Positions 41,454-53,286 of a DNA stretch of 64,000 bases are shown piece by piece. The notes under the pieces are model-generated. The model did no database searches and was not told where the DNA came from. It saw only the letters and a list, made by a program, of their open reading frames with translations. Source of the DNA: Nitrospirota bacterium (GTDB taxonomy: Bacteria > Nitrospirota > Nitrospiria > Nitrospirales > Nitrospiraceae); assembly GCA_963703955.1 (NCBI GenBank), contig CAVPGK010000015.1, forward strand, positions 32,001 to 96,000, in the 5' to 3' direction. A program made the position numbers and the translations under genes. Numbering within the stretch: position 1 is the first letter of the stretch; every line of letters starts with the position of its first letter.

Positions 41454-42500
41454 GTGGCACTCACAAAGACCGGACCAGGCGAACGCGCACGTCCGAAAGA
41501 GGGACGCTCGCTTCCACCACCCGATCGTCAGGCGTTGCGGCGGCACATCCAGCGTTTTCCCCAGGCCAATGTCCTGGTTGTGGGGGACCTCATCCTGGAT
41601 CATTATATTTGGGGCAAGGTCAGCCGGATCTCGCCGGAAGCGCCGGTTCCGGTCGTGCACGTGGACTCCGAGTCGCTGCTCCTAGGAGGGGCCGCCAACG
41701 TGTACAACAATATCCTCTCTTTGGGAGGGCGGGCGGATCTCTGCGGAGTGGTGGGAGCCGATGAAGGGGGCCGCCGTTTGCTCAAGGAACTGGGGGTCCG
41801 GCGGCATGGGCGTGGAGGGGTGGTGATCGACGCCGATCGGCCGACCACGCGGAAGACACGCGTGGTCGCCCACAATCAACAGGTGGTCCGGTTCGACGTC
41901 GAGCACCGGTCTGAGCTTAAGTCGTCGTTCCAGCGCCGCATCCTCCGGTATGTCGAGTCGCGGTTGCGCGAGATTTCCTGCTTGGTCGTCTCGGACTATG
42001 CCAAAGGTGTGGTCACCGCGTCACTCATGGCTGAACTGGTTCGGCTGACGGCGCTTCGTCATATCCCGATTGTCGTCGATCCGAAAGTGGAACACTTCTC
42101 CTATTACAAAGGGGTGACCGTCGTCACACCCAATCACTTGGAGGCCGGGCAGGCAGCCGGTGTCCACGGCGATGATGACGGCGCGATCAACGAAGCGGGT
42201 GAGACGATTCGTCAACGCTTGGGCTGTCATTCCGTTCTCGTCACGAGGGGGGAGAAGGGGATGAGCCTGTTCGAATTTGACGGCACGACGTTTCATATCC
42301 CCACGATGGCCCGTCAGGTGTACGATGTCACCGGCGCCGGCGATACGGTCGTCGGCACCCTCGCGCTTGCCTTGGCCACAGGCGCATCGATCCGGGAAGG
42401 GGCGATGCTGGCCAATCAGGCCGCGGGGATCGTGGTCGGAATGGTAGGGACCGCAACGGTGACCGCACAACAGTTGACTGAGGCTATCACGGATGCCTAA
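41454..42500 (+). CDS. rfaE1: D-glycero-beta-D-manno-heptose-7-phosphate kinase (stand-alone HldE kinase domain)
   Basis: RISPEAPVPV, GGAANV, SDYAKG, VDPK, DVTGAGDTV. Confidence 0.92.
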   Translation: MALTKTGPGERARPKEGRSLPPPDRQALRRHIQRFPQANVLVVGDLILDHYIWGKVSRISPEAPVPVVHVDSESLLLGGAANVYNNILSLGGRADLCGVVGADEGGRRLLKELGVRRHGRGGVVIDADRPTTRKTRVVAHNQQVVRFDVEHRSELKSSFQRRILRYVESRLREISCLVVSDYAKGVVTASLMAELVRLTALRHIPIVVDPKVEHFSYYKGVTVVTPNHLEAGQAAGVHGDDDGAINEAGETIRQRLGCHSVLVTRGEKGMSLFEFDGTTFHIPTMARQVYDVTGAGDTVVGTLALALATGASIREGAMLANQAAGIVVGMVGTATVTAQQLTEAITDA

Positions 42501-43273
42501 TGACAACCGAGGCTGTGACAGTTGTGATCCCCGCGCGGTTTGGCTCGTCGCGGTTTCCGGGGAAGCCCTTGGCCCTGTTGAGCGGCAAGCCGCTGATCCA
42601 GCAGGTGTATGAACACGCCGCGCGAGCGCCTGGGGTGGACCATGTGTTGGTCGCAACCGATGACCCTCGCATTCATGACGCCGTCAAAGCATTCGGCGGC
42701 AACGCGATGATGGTCGAAGGGCCGTTTCGAACCGGAACCGATCGGGTTGCGGCAGTCGCTCGGCAACTTCCCGGTCAGGTGTTTCTGAATCTCCAAGGCG
42801 ATGAGGTCATTCTTTATCCAGGTCTCCTAACCGATCTGGTGAATCCTTTCTTGGAAAGCGGAGCCGAGATGGGCACACTGAAGAGGCGATTGGCTTCCGA
42901 GGAAGGCCTGCGCAACCCTGGCGTCGTGAAGGTGGTCACAGACGAAATCGGAAGGGCACTATATTTTTCTCGAGCGCCGATTCCTCACATTCGCGATAAA
43001 GGGCCGGGAACGGCGAGAGATGGCCTGCATTATATGCACCTTGGCATCTATATTTTTACTCGACAGACCTTGCTGCACTTCAGCGAGCTCCCGACCGGGA
43101 CGCTGGAAGGCACGGAGCAGTTGGAGCAGTTACGCGCACTTGAACACGGCATTCCCATTCGAGTCTGGGAAACCTTGCATCCGTCACTTCGCGTTGACAC
43201 ACCAGAAGACCTGAAAGAAGCCGCTGGCGTCCTTGACCGGCAGCGGCAAGATCGTAGTGCGGCGCACCGATAG
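42500..43273 (+). CDS. kdsB: 3-deoxy-manno-octulosonate cytidylyltransferase
   Basis: IPARFGSSRFPGKPL, GTDR, NLQGDE, YFSRAPIP, LEQLRAL. Confidence 0.94.
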   Translation: MTTEAVTVVIPARFGSSRFPGKPLALLSGKPLIQQVYEHAARAPGVDHVLVATDDPRIHDAVKAFGGNAMMVEGPFRTGTDRVAAVARQLPGQVFLNLQGDEVILYPGLLTDLVNPFLESGAEMGTLKRRLASEEGLRNPGVVKVVTDEIGRALYFSRAPIPHIRDKGPGTARDGLHYMHLGIYIFTRQTLLHFSELPTGTLEGTEQLEQLRALEHGIPIRVWETLHPSLRVDTPEDLKEAAGVLDRQRQDRSAAHR

Positions 43274-43328
43274 AAGACAACCATGATGCTTGGCTTGACC
43301 TTCAACCTTCACGAGAGGCTCTTGTCCT

Positions 43329-44931
<1,603 letters not shown>

Positions 44932-44932
44932 T

Positions 44933-45057
44933 AGGGATGCTGAAAAGGCTCCCAACTTTGTTCTCGAGTCGAAAAAATCCTCAACGTGCCCCAAAGGGTA
45001 CGCCTGTGGTTTTTTCTTTCTTGCGGCCTCGCTGGTTGGACTTTTTTGAGCATCCCT
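44933..45057. mobile_element. MITE-like element
   Basis: TIRs AGGGATGCTGAAAAG / TTTTTGAGCATCCCT; internal homology to the 8325 and 38700 copies. Confidence 0.85.
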
Positions 45058-45093
45058 CGGTTCTAACCAGCAGTCGTGCGAGAGGAGGCGGTT

Positions 45094-45933
45094 ATGCCTC
45101 ATGAGGTTGATCTGGGTCCTTTCAAGATCGGTGGCCCACACCGACATGTGTTGATCGCTGGTCCCTGCGTCATCGAAAGCGAACAGCTTGTCCTTGAGAC
45201 TGCGCACCAGATCGCCGAGATCGCCCGTGGTATGCGGCTGCCGTATATTTTTAAGTCCTCATACGACAAGGCCAATCGTAGCTCGATCACCTCGTTCCGG
45301 GGGCCCGGTCTTGCTGCGGGGATCGCGGTGCTTCGTAAGGTCAAGGAACAGGTGCATGTTCCAATCCTAACGGACATTCACAGTGCGGACGATGCGGCAG
45401 GGGCCGCAGAAGGAGCAGATATTCTTCAGATTCCGGCATTCCTGTGCCGGCAGACCGATCTGCTCGTGGCGGCCGCCAAGACCGGTAAGATCGTCAATGT
45501 CAAGAAGGGCCAGTTCCTTTCTCCCTGGGAGATGGACAATGTGGTGAAAAAATTGGAAGAGAGCGGAACAACCCGCATCATGCTAACCGAACGCGGGTCT
45601 TCGTTCGGATATAACAATCTCGTCGTGGATATGCGGTCCCTGCCCATTATGCGACAGTTCGGCTATCCCGTGATTTTCGACGCGACGCATAGTGTGCAGT
45701 TACCGGGTGGCGCGGGGACGCGCTCCTCAGGGCAGCGGGAATTTATTACGCCACTGGCCTGTGCCGCCGCGGCCGCGGGCTGTGACGGATTTTTCATGGA
45801 AGTGCATCCACAACCGGATATCGCCCTGTCCGATGGTCCCAATATGGTGCCGCTCTCTCAGTTAAAACCGCTCCTTGAAAAAGTCTTGCGCGTGTGCGAA
45901 GCCGTCGGCAAAGGAGCCGAGTCCGGCCTATGA
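45094..45933 (+). CDS. kdsA: KDO 8-phosphate synthase
   Basis: [38 protein letters not shown]. Confidence 0.95.
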   Translation: MPHEVDLGPFKIGGPHRHVLIAGPCVIESEQLVLETAHQIAEIARGMRLPYIFKSSYDKANRSSITSFRGPGLAAGIAVLRKVKEQVHVPILTDIHSADDAAGAAEGADILQIPAFLCRQTDLLVAAAKTGKIVNVKKGQFLSPWEMDNVVKKLEESGTTRIMLTERGSSFGYNNLVVDMRSLPIMRQFGYPVIFDATHSVQLPGGAGTRSSGQREFITPLACAAAAAGCDGFFMEVHPQPDIALSDGPNMVPLSQLKPLLEKVLRVCEAVGKGAESGL

Positions 45934-46886
45934 GCGTTGAACAGGGCAAGCGGGTTCTGGAAATCGAGGCGCGCGCGATCGGCGGCCTGATAGAACGCCT
46001 GGACCACCGGTTCAGCCAAGCGGTGGATCTGCTTTATGGGTGCGCCGGAAAAGTGGTCGTCTCCGGGATGGGAAAATCCGGACTTATCGGCCAAAAGATC
46101 GCCGCAACACTGGCCAGCACCGGAACGCCGGCATTCTTCCTCCATCCGGCTGAGGGCATCCACGGCGACCTCGGGATGTTGGCTCGCCGAGATGTCTTGA
46201 TCGCGCTTTCGAATAGCGGAGAAACCGACGAGCTGATCAAGCTGCTCCCGTTCGTGAAGCGGATCAATATCCCGGTGATTGCGCTGACGGGTCGCGTCCA
46301 GTCTACGTTGGCAAAGAACAGCGAGGTGGTTCTCGACGTCTCCGTGAACGAAGAAGCGTGTCCGATGGGTCTGGCTCCGACCGCCAGCACGACGGCCGCC
46401 TTGGCCATGGGCGACGCGCTGGCCATTGCGCTGCTTCAAAAACGCGGCTTCAAAGAAGAAGACTTTGCGCAATTTCATCCGGGCGGGACCCTCGGCCGTC
46501 GGTTGTTACTCAAAGTTCGAGATCTCATGCATCAAGGAGACGCCATTCCGCGAGTCCTCAGCCACACATCCGTCCGCGAGGCGATTCTCGAAATGACCAC
46601 CAAAAAGCTCGGGATGACCACCGTCGTGGACACCGCCGGTCGCCTGACGGGTGTGATCACCGACGGGGACCTGCGGCGATTCCTGGAGAAAGGGGTCGAT
46701 CTGGTCCCGGCAAGGGCCGGAGACCTGGCAAGCGGATCCCCCAAGGTCATCGGTCCCGATGATCTGGCGGCCACCGCGGTTCAGATTATGGAACAGTATG
46801 CCATCACGTCGCTGGTGGTTCTTGAGCATGGGCAGTTGGTGGGTGTCATTCATCTCCACGATCTCCTCAGGAGCGGAGTGGTTTGA
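45930..46886 (+). CDS. kdsD: Arabinose-5-phosphate isomerase (KpsF/GutQ, SIS + CBS)
   Basis: GMGKSG, HGDLG, APTASTT, HPGG, TDGDLRR. Confidence 0.93.
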   Translation: MSVEQGKRVLEIEARAIGGLIERLDHRFSQAVDLLYGCAGKVVVSGMGKSGLIGQKIAATLASTGTPAFFLHPAEGIHGDLGMLARRDVLIALSNSGETDELIKLLPFVKRINIPVIALTGRVQSTLAKNSEVVLDVSVNEEACPMGLAPTASTTAALAMGDALAIALLQKRGFKEEDFAQFHPGGTLGRRLLLKVRDLMHQGDAIPRVLSHTSVREAILEMTTKKLGMTTVVDTAGRLTGVITDGDLRRFLEKGVDLVPARAGDLASGSPKVIGPDDLAATAVQIMEQYAITSLVVLEHGQLVGVIHLHDLLRSGVV

Positions 46887-46913
46887 GTTGAGATTGGCTA
46901 GGAACGCCTGGAA

Positions 46914-47528
46914 ATGCGATTGAGTGAAGTAAAACAATCAAGCTCTTTATTGGCAAAGTTGGAAGCGCAGGACGCCAACGTCAATCTTCCCAACCTGCTC
47001 ACGCTGGCGCGCATCCTGCTCATTCCGATCTTCGTGCTGCTGTTTGCGACTCCCACGCCAAATCGATCCATTGCCGCCGCTGTAGTCTTTGTCGTTGCGG
47101 CGGTGACCGACCTGCTGGACGGCTATCTGGCGCGGCGGCGCTCCCAGATTACGACACTCGGCCGGCTGCTGGACCCCATTGCGGATAAGCTGCTCGTGTT
47201 ATCGGGGCTGATTCTGCTGGTGCAGTTTCAGCGTGTGGGAGCTGTGGTCGCAATTCTCATCATCGCCCGGGAGGTAGCTGTGACTGGTATCCGCGGGATT
47301 GCAGCGTCCGTGGGAATCGTCCTGTCCGCCGAAACAACGGGCAAGTACAAAATGACCCTTCAGGTCATTGCGATTGTGGCCCTCATCCTCGAAGACAGTG
47401 TTCCGCTTCCGTGGAATCTTCACCTGGTCGGCACCGCCTGCCTGTATGTAGCATTGGTATTAGGACTCATGTCCGGCGGGGGATATCTGTTTCAGTTCTC
47501 AAAGCAAGTCGCAGACAAAGGTCTCTAG
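46914..47528 (+). CDS. pgsA: CDP-diacylglycerol--glycerol-3-phosphate 3-phosphatidyltransferase
   Basis: NLPNLLTLAR, DLLDGYLARR..T.LGRLLDPIADK, GKYK. Confidence 0.93.
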   Translation: MRLSEVKQSSSLLAKLEAQDANVNLPNLLTLARILLIPIFVLLFATPTPNRSIAAAVVFVVAAVTDLLDGYLARRRSQITTLGRLLDPIADKLLVLSGLILLVQFQRVGAVVAILIIAREVAVTGIRGIAASVGIVLSAETTGKYKMTLQVIAIVALILEDSVPLPWNLHLVGTACLYVALVLGLMSGGGYLFQFSKQVADKGL

Positions 47529-47558
47529 GCTTCCCTACTGTTTGCCCACAGTTCTTTC

Positions 47559-48173
47559 ATGGATATGAATGACTGGCTTCCGATGGCTTTGGTGGTCGGC
47601 GGCTATGTGCTTGGCTCGATCCCATTTGGGATCGTGGTTACGCGATCCCTCGGCCGTGTGGATCCCAGAACAGAGGGCAGTCGTAATATCGGTTTTACCA
47701 ATGTCCTGCGTGTCTCGGGCAAGAAAGCCGGTTTGTTGACGCTGGCTGGAGACGTCAGCAAAGGCTGGTTCGTTGCCTGGGCTGCGAGTCACATGATCGA
47801 CCGTGAGGCTTGGGTACTGACGATCGCCGCCAGCCCGATCATTGGGCATCTGTACCCAATTTTTTTGAACTTCCGAGGTGGAAAGGGAGTCGCAACCGCC
47901 TTAGGTGCCGTCACCGGCGTGGCCCCGGTGATCGGCGTCACGATGTCCGCCGTATGGATTGTGACGGCGGCAATCTGGCGATACTCGTCAGCCGCCGCCG
48001 TGGCGGCGTTTCTTGCGTTTCCTGTGATTGCGGCAGGACTGGGACTCGGGTGGGCGTTTCAGATCTTTTCGCTGGCGGTGGCTGGCGTGATTCTGTACCG
48101 GCACAAGGACAATGCAGTCCGGTTGTGGAACGGGACTGAACCCAAAATCGGGCAGAGGCCTCTCGCGACGTAG
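47559..48173 (+). CDS. plsY: Glycerol-3-phosphate acyltransferase
   Basis: YVLGSIPFG, GSRNIGFTNVLR, GHLYP..RGGKGVAT, RHKDN. Confidence 0.94.
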   Translation: MDMNDWLPMALVVGGYVLGSIPFGIVVTRSLGRVDPRTEGSRNIGFTNVLRVSGKKAGLLTLAGDVSKGWFVAWAASHMIDREAWVLTIAASPIIGHLYPIFLNFRGGKGVATALGAVTGVAPVIGVTMSAVWIVTAAIWRYSSAAAVAAFLAFPVIAAGLGLGWAFQIFSLAVAGVILYRHKDNAVRLWNGTEPKIGQRPLAT

Positions 48174-48174
48174 G

Positions 48175-48720
48175 TCATGGATACGCAGCGGAAGCTTGGC
48201 AATCGTTCTCTGTTCGCTCATAGAATCGCCCGGCGATCCCTGTATAGGAAAGAGTCTTTTTTTCCAAACACGTCGAATAGTTTGACCAGATTCCGTATGA
48301 GAGGCGCTTGGTGTGCATGGTGAGATCGACAAGAATCCCAGACCTCATGGCCTCCCGTGTTACAGCAATTCGTCTTAGTGCCTGCTCCTTTGAAATCAAT
48401 AGACTTTCTGTCAAAGTTCGACCTTCAGATTGACTTTGATGCGACAGGGAGGCTCCAAGAATTGGATGGTTTCTCTGAATCCTCGCAGCATCCAGCTGGT
48501 GGGGGTTGTACCGCACGGCTACGAACTCAGAGGTCAACCTGGTGGCTTCTTGCTCAATCGCCCGTCGGTCTGCAGCGGCGAACCGTTCGGCTTCCCGTTC
48601 GGCGGCCGAGACGAGAACGGATTGTTGATAATCAGTCAGGGTGGGATTAAGGAACGTGAGGCTGACGTAAGAAAGCGCGGTGATACTACAAGAAACGAGA
48701 CCGAATACCTTAAGAGTCAT
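48175..48720 (-). CDS. Hypothetical protein, DUF4359-like with a long central insert
   Basis: N-terminal TM + NPTLTDY; C-terminal TKRLSYGIWSNY...YTGIAGRF; AT-richer than flanks. Family call from memory. Confidence 0.5.
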   Translation of the reverse strand: MTLKVFGLVSCSITALSYVSLTFLNPTLTDYQQSVLVSAAEREAERFAAADRRAIEQEATRLTSEFVAVRYNPHQLDAARIQRNHPILGASLSHQSQSEGRTLTESLLISKEQALRRIAVTREAMRSGILVDLTMHTKRLSYGIWSNYSTCLEKKTLSYTGIAGRFYERTENDCQASAAYP

Positions 48721-48911
48721 ATTAGTAAATGAATTTAATGTCTTATGGTGAGATGTCTGTATAGTCTTAACTACAAGTATAGGAGGAGGTAAGAAAGCGT
48801 CAAGGTGGAGGTGAGGAGACGAATTTTATGGAAGGCAGGCATAAGAGGTTGATTTTGGCCGATGGTTAGGCTAGAAAACAGTTTTGGCTGGTTGTGTGTT
48901 AGTTTACATAA

Positions 48912-49559
48912 TTGATCTTATCCGACGTAATGACAGACCTCCTGCAACGCATCGCCAAAGAGGCCAAGATCACGCTGGAGACTTTTCGCGAGTCCGTGAT
49001 CGCCATTGCCGAACGCGTCAATCGAAAAGTTCAGATTCTTACCCTTCATTCACAGGCATCTTCGGTTCACGAACAGATTGACATCGCCTATCACGACCTC
49101 GGCGACCGCCTGTGCGAATTCCTGACTCAATCACATGATTCTGCAACTCACCGGGGTATGGTTGCCGGAACCGGTGCCGAGATGGTACTGTTGGAATTCA
49201 TTGGGAAGATTCACCCGCTGAAGCAGGAATTGGTGGGAATCGAAACATTGGTCCGAGAACTTGAGATCGATACATTGCGGGAGGATCTTGTCGCCCTTCA
49301 GCATGACCTGTCCACTCGGTCAGCCTTGATCCGGCGCGTGGTTGTTGAACCAGAGGCCGTCGCGAATGGCAGGACTGTCGCCCAACTTGGACTTCCGCCG
49401 ACCGTTCGGGTGGCCGCGATCCTGCGCGGCCCTATGCTGATTTCTTCCGTTGAACTGGTCGATCTTCGGCCAGGCGACATTGTCGTGCTCGTCGGGTCAC
49501 GCGCAGATCTTCAGGATAGCCTGCCGTTGTTCAGCCATGCGGCTCGGGTTTTCCACTAG
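48912..49559 (+). CDS. Coiled-coil protein with C-terminal TrkA-C (RCK-C) domain
   Basis: ANGRTVAQLGLP..VRVAAILRG...LRPGDIVVLVG. Confidence 0.75.
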   Translation: MILSDVMTDLLQRIAKEAKITLETFRESVIAIAERVNRKVQILTLHSQASSVHEQIDIAYHDLGDRLCEFLTQSHDSATHRGMVAGTGAEMVLLEFIGKIHPLKQELVGIETLVRELEIDTLREDLVALQHDLSTRSALIRRVVVEPEAVANGRTVAQLGLPPTVRVAAILRGPMLISSVELVDLRPGDIVVLVGSRADLQDSLPLFSHAARVFH

Positions 49560-49592
49560 ATTTCTTTTCCGGCGTCTTCTTTCAGGAGTGTC

Positions 49593-50984
49593 ATGACCGC
49601 ACGATCGAGAGCAGTTGGCATTGTGGCAGGCACTCTCTGGCTCTGTTGCTCCCTCCTGGTCCCTCCGGGAGTGGCTACCCGCGTAGCCGTGGCCGACACC
49701 GGCGGTATGCGTCTTCTTGAAGAGCTTCAGACCGTGCTCACGGATCTCGCCGAACGGGTCAAACCTTGCGTCGTGAACGTGTTGCCGATTCCATCCACCG
49801 GTCGCTCGAGGGACAATCCGCGTGAACGCCTTCCGAACTCACCCGGCACGGGGTCCGGCGTGATTGTCGATGCCCAGGGGTACATCATCACCAACAATCA
49901 CGTGGTCGGCGATGCCACCGAGGTCGAGGTGCGACTCTCCGATAGGACCAAATTTATAGCCCAGGTGATCGGAAAGGATCCCGACACCGATCTGGCCGTG
50001 TTGAAAGTGGTCACTGATCGGGCGCTGCCCCGCGCACAATTCGGAGATTCGGGAACGGTGAAAGTCGGTCAGTGGGTCCTCGCAGTGGGAAATCCGTTCG
50101 GTCTTGACCGTACGGTGACCTTGGGAGTAGTGAGCGGTATCGGTCGAGATAACATGAATCTGTCGCGATACGAGAACTTCATCCAAACAGACGCATCCAT
50201 CAATCCCGGAAACTCAGGGGGGCCGCTCTTTAACATGCATGGTGAGATCATCGGGATCAATACCGCGATCATCAATTTTGCGCAGGGAATCGGGTTTGCC
50301 ATCCCTTCCAACATGGCGAAGCAGGTCATGCAGCAGCTCTTGACACGAGGCAAGGTGGTCCGGGCATGGCTGGGGGTCGGAATTCAGCCGGTGACGGCCG
50401 ATCTGGCCACCAAGTTCGGCGTAACCGAGAATGAGGGGGTCCTGGTCAACGAGGTATTCGAGAACGACCCAGCTTTCAGAGGCGGGATCAAACCCGGCGA
50501 TATCATCACGAAGGTCGAGGGAAAAACAGTCGATACCCCCAATATGCTCTCTCGTCTGATCGCCAGCCTGGAACCAGGCATGGCCGCGAGTATTGAGGTC
50601 GTCAGAGACGGCAAACGTCAACTGCTGTCGATTCCGTTGAGCGAGCGGCGTGAGACCACCACAACCCTCGCCTCTGTTCCATCATCCCGGTCGGAGGTGA
50701 AGCTGGGAATTGATGTGCAAGACATCAGTCCGGAACTTGCCGAAAAATTCAAATTGAAGGAGGCAAAGGGCGTGCTCATCTCGAAAGTTGACCAAGGCAG
50801 CATCGCCCACGTTGAGGGACTCCGCGAAGGGGACTTGATTAGAGAGGTCAACCGGACAGACGTCACCTCCGTGGGTGAATTTACCAACGCGGTGGCGAAG
50901 GTCAAACGTGGCGAGACCATCTTGCTTCGCGTGCAGCGTGAAAACCGGGCTTTTTATGTCGTATTAAAGCAACAAAGCAAGTAA
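49593..50984 (+). CDS. degP: DegP/DegQ (HtrA) serine endoprotease with two PDZ domains
   Basis: GSGVI, TNNHV, DLAVLK, QTDASINPGNSGGPL, WLGV, signal peptide. Confidence 0.92.
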   Translation: MTARSRAVGIVAGTLWLCCSLLVPPGVATRVAVADTGGMRLLEELQTVLTDLAERVKPCVVNVLPIPSTGRSRDNPRERLPNSPGTGSGVIVDAQGYIITNNHVVGDATEVEVRLSDRTKFIAQVIGKDPDTDLAVLKVVTDRALPRAQFGDSGTVKVGQWVLAVGNPFGLDRTVTLGVVSGIGRDNMNLSRYENFIQTDASINPGNSGGPLFNMHGEIIGINTAIINFAQGIGFAIPSNMAKQVMQQLLTRGKVVRAWLGVGIQPVTADLATKFGVTENEGVLVNEVFENDPAFRGGIKPGDIITKVEGKTVDTPNMLSRLIASLEPGMAASIEVVRDGKRQLLSIPLSERRETTTTLASVPSSRSEVKLGIDVQDISPELAEKFKLKEAKGVLISKVDQGSIAHVEGLREGDLIREVNRTDVTSVGEFTNAVAKVKRGETILLRVQRENRAFYVVLKQQSK

Positions 50985-50992
50985 CTGCAACG

Positions 50993-53092
50993 CTATTGTG
51001 CTACCGCCTGCTTGGCGGCTTTCTGTTCCTCGATCACGCGCGCAGCTTGGTCCCGCGGCATCTCTTCGTAGGATGCAAACTCCATCATGTAACTCCCCCG
51101 CCCGCCCGTGATCGAATTGAGGGACAACGCGTACTTCAACATTTCGGCCAGAGGCGCGGTGGCCTTGATCACCTCCGTGCTCCCCTTCGCAGTGACCCCG
51201 AGGATACGGCCTCGCCTCGAGTTCAGATCACCAATGACGGCTCCGACGTACTCGTCGGGCGTTACGACTTCTACATTCATCATCGGCTCTAGGAGGACGG
51301 GATGCGCGGTCTCCAACGCCTTCTTGAATCCCATCGAAGCCGCGATCTTGAAAGACATCTCCGATGAATCCACCGTGTGATAGGAGCCGTCATACACCGT
51401 GACCCGGATATCCACGACGGGGAATCCGGCGAGGATTCCCTCATGTAAAGCGTCCAGGACCCCTTTCTCGACGGCCGGAATGAAATTGCGCGGGATCGCA
51501 CCGCCGACGATTTGGTTGACGAATTCAAACCCCTTCCCCCTCTGTAGCGGATCAAGCTGCAGCCAGCAGTCACCGAATTGTCCGTGCCCCCCAGTCTGTT
51601 TCTTATATTTGCCTTGAGCCTGCGACATTTTCCGGATGGTTTCCTTATACGGCACCTTCGGGGTGTGCACGGTGACTTCAGCCCCATACTTGCGGCGCAG
51701 CTTCTCAAACGTGACGTCTATGTGGAGTTGCCCGGTTCCACTCAAAATCATTTCTTTAGTTTCCTGATTTCGGACGAATTCCAGCGCCGGATCTTCCTCC
51801 ACCAGCTTATGGAGGCCCAGGCTGACCTTTTCAATGTCTGCCTTCGATTTGGGCTCTAACGCAAAGGACATGACCGGTCGAGTTAATTGAAGGCCAGGAT
51901 AGAGAATGGGGGATTGTTCGTCACAAATCGTGTCTCCGGTCTGCGTGTCTTTCAACTTTCCGATTGCCACAATGTCACCCGCCACGGCCGACGCGACCGG
52001 TGTGTATTTCTTACCGAGAATAGAAAAGAGATGTCCTCCGCGTTCCTTCACCTTTCTGGTCGAATTGTAGAATGGAGCATCCGCCTCCAGTCTGCCGGAC
52101 AGAACCCGCACGTAGCTGAGCCGGCCCATGAAGGGATCGATGATGGTCTTGAAGACGTATCCTGACAAAGGTTCCGATGGGCTGGCTTGGCGAATCACCG
52201 GTAAGCCTTCGTGAGGATGGGTGCCTGCCAGCTGGCAGCGCGCGGCTTGTTCGACCGGCGACGGCAGGTACTGCGCGATCGCGTCCAAGAGGACTGAGAC
52301 GCCGATATTCCGAGTCGCAGACCCGCAAAAGACTGGGACAATTTTCTGTGAACGGGTTCCTTTTCTCAGGCCTTCGAGGATCTCCGAGGCTCCCAAATCT
52401 CCGTCAGCCAGGTATTTCTCGAGCAATTGATCATCCGTTTCAGCGACGCCTTCGACCAGCTTCCGTCGAGCCTCGGCGACGGTGGCCTCTATGGTCAAGG
52501 GAATCTCGCCTTGCTGGATCTTATAGGTCTCCCTGTCGGTTCGATACGAGACCCCTCGGATCACCTCCACGACACCTTCAAGTTGCGAGGCCGACCCGAT
52601 CGGAACCACCACCGGAAGGCCCTTTATCTCAAGTGTCTTTTCACATTCTTCGAGTACCGATGCAACTGCCGCCCGTTCCTTATCCAATTCGTTGATAAAG
52701 AGGACGCACGGCAATTTCAGGTCCGTAATGGTAGTCCAAATATTCTCAAGTTCCGTTCTCATCCCCGATGAGGCTGAGACCACGATCAAGACGCCATCGG
52801 CCGCCCGAAGTGCCGTTTTCGCCTCACCAAGGAAACTGAGCGCACCAGGAGCATCAATCAGATTGAACGTTATCTCCTTCCACGAAAAGTGCGAGACGGT
52901 TGCGTTCACAGAAACCTTTCGGTGAATTTCTTCGGGCTCATAGTCCGAAACCGTATTGCCGGTGTTCACCGACCCCATAGAGGGTATCGCGCCCCCCGAA
53001 AATAAGAGCGCTTCAACAAGCGAAGTTTTTCCGGCACCGGTGTATGAAACGAAAGCAATATTCCGAATGGTCTCGGTTCGGGACTCTTTCAT
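50993..53092 (-). CDS. Elongation factor G paralogue (EF-G2 type)
   Basis: Full five-domain EF-G: PKVPYKETI, KKQTGGHGQFG, DGSYHTVDSSEMSF, LLEP; divergent G motifs GAGKTS, DAPGA, NELD; not in an S12/S7 operon. Confidence 0.9.
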   Translation of the reverse strand: MKESRTETIRNIAFVSYTGAGKTSLVEALLFSGGAIPSMGSVNTGNTVSDYEPEEIHRKVSVNATVSHFSWKEITFNLIDAPGALSFLGEAKTALRAADGVLIVVSASSGMRTELENIWTTITDLKLPCVLFINELDKERAAVASVLEECEKTLEIKGLPVVVPIGSASQLEGVVEVIRGVSYRTDRETYKIQQGEIPLTIEATVAEARRKLVEGVAETDDQLLEKYLADGDLGASEILEGLRKGTRSQKIVPVFCGSATRNIGVSVLLDAIAQYLPSPVEQAARCQLAGTHPHEGLPVIRQASPSEPLSGYVFKTIIDPFMGRLSYVRVLSGRLEADAPFYNSTRKVKERGGHLFSILGKKYTPVASAVAGDIVAIGKLKDTQTGDTICDEQSPILYPGLQLTRPVMSFALEPKSKADIEKVSLGLHKLVEEDPALEFVRNQETKEMILSGTGQLHIDVTFEKLRRKYGAEVTVHTPKVPYKETIRKMSQAQGKYKKQTGGHGQFGDCWLQLDPLQRGKGFEFVNQIVGGAIPRNFIPAVEKGVLDALHEGILAGFPVVDIRVTVYDGSYHTVDSSEMSFKIAASMGFKKALETAHPVLLEPMMNVEVVTPDEYVGAVIGDLNSRRGRILGVTAKGSTEVIKATAPLAEMLKYALSLNSITGGRGSYMMEFASYEEMPRDQAARVIEEQKAAKQAVAQ

Positions 53093-53286
53093 AGACCCTC
53101 CCTTATCATCAGGACAGCATGAACGGGTCGCTTATCGTAGGCTTGAGGCGAGACACTGTCAACGACCTCAACAAACCGCCGACACCCAACCGCTGGTCAT
53201 GAGCCTTGAGGCGGATGCCACAGAAGATCAGAACACGCCATCTCTTCAGACCAGTTCAAGGGAAGGACGCCCCGCTTTTCCTCAAC

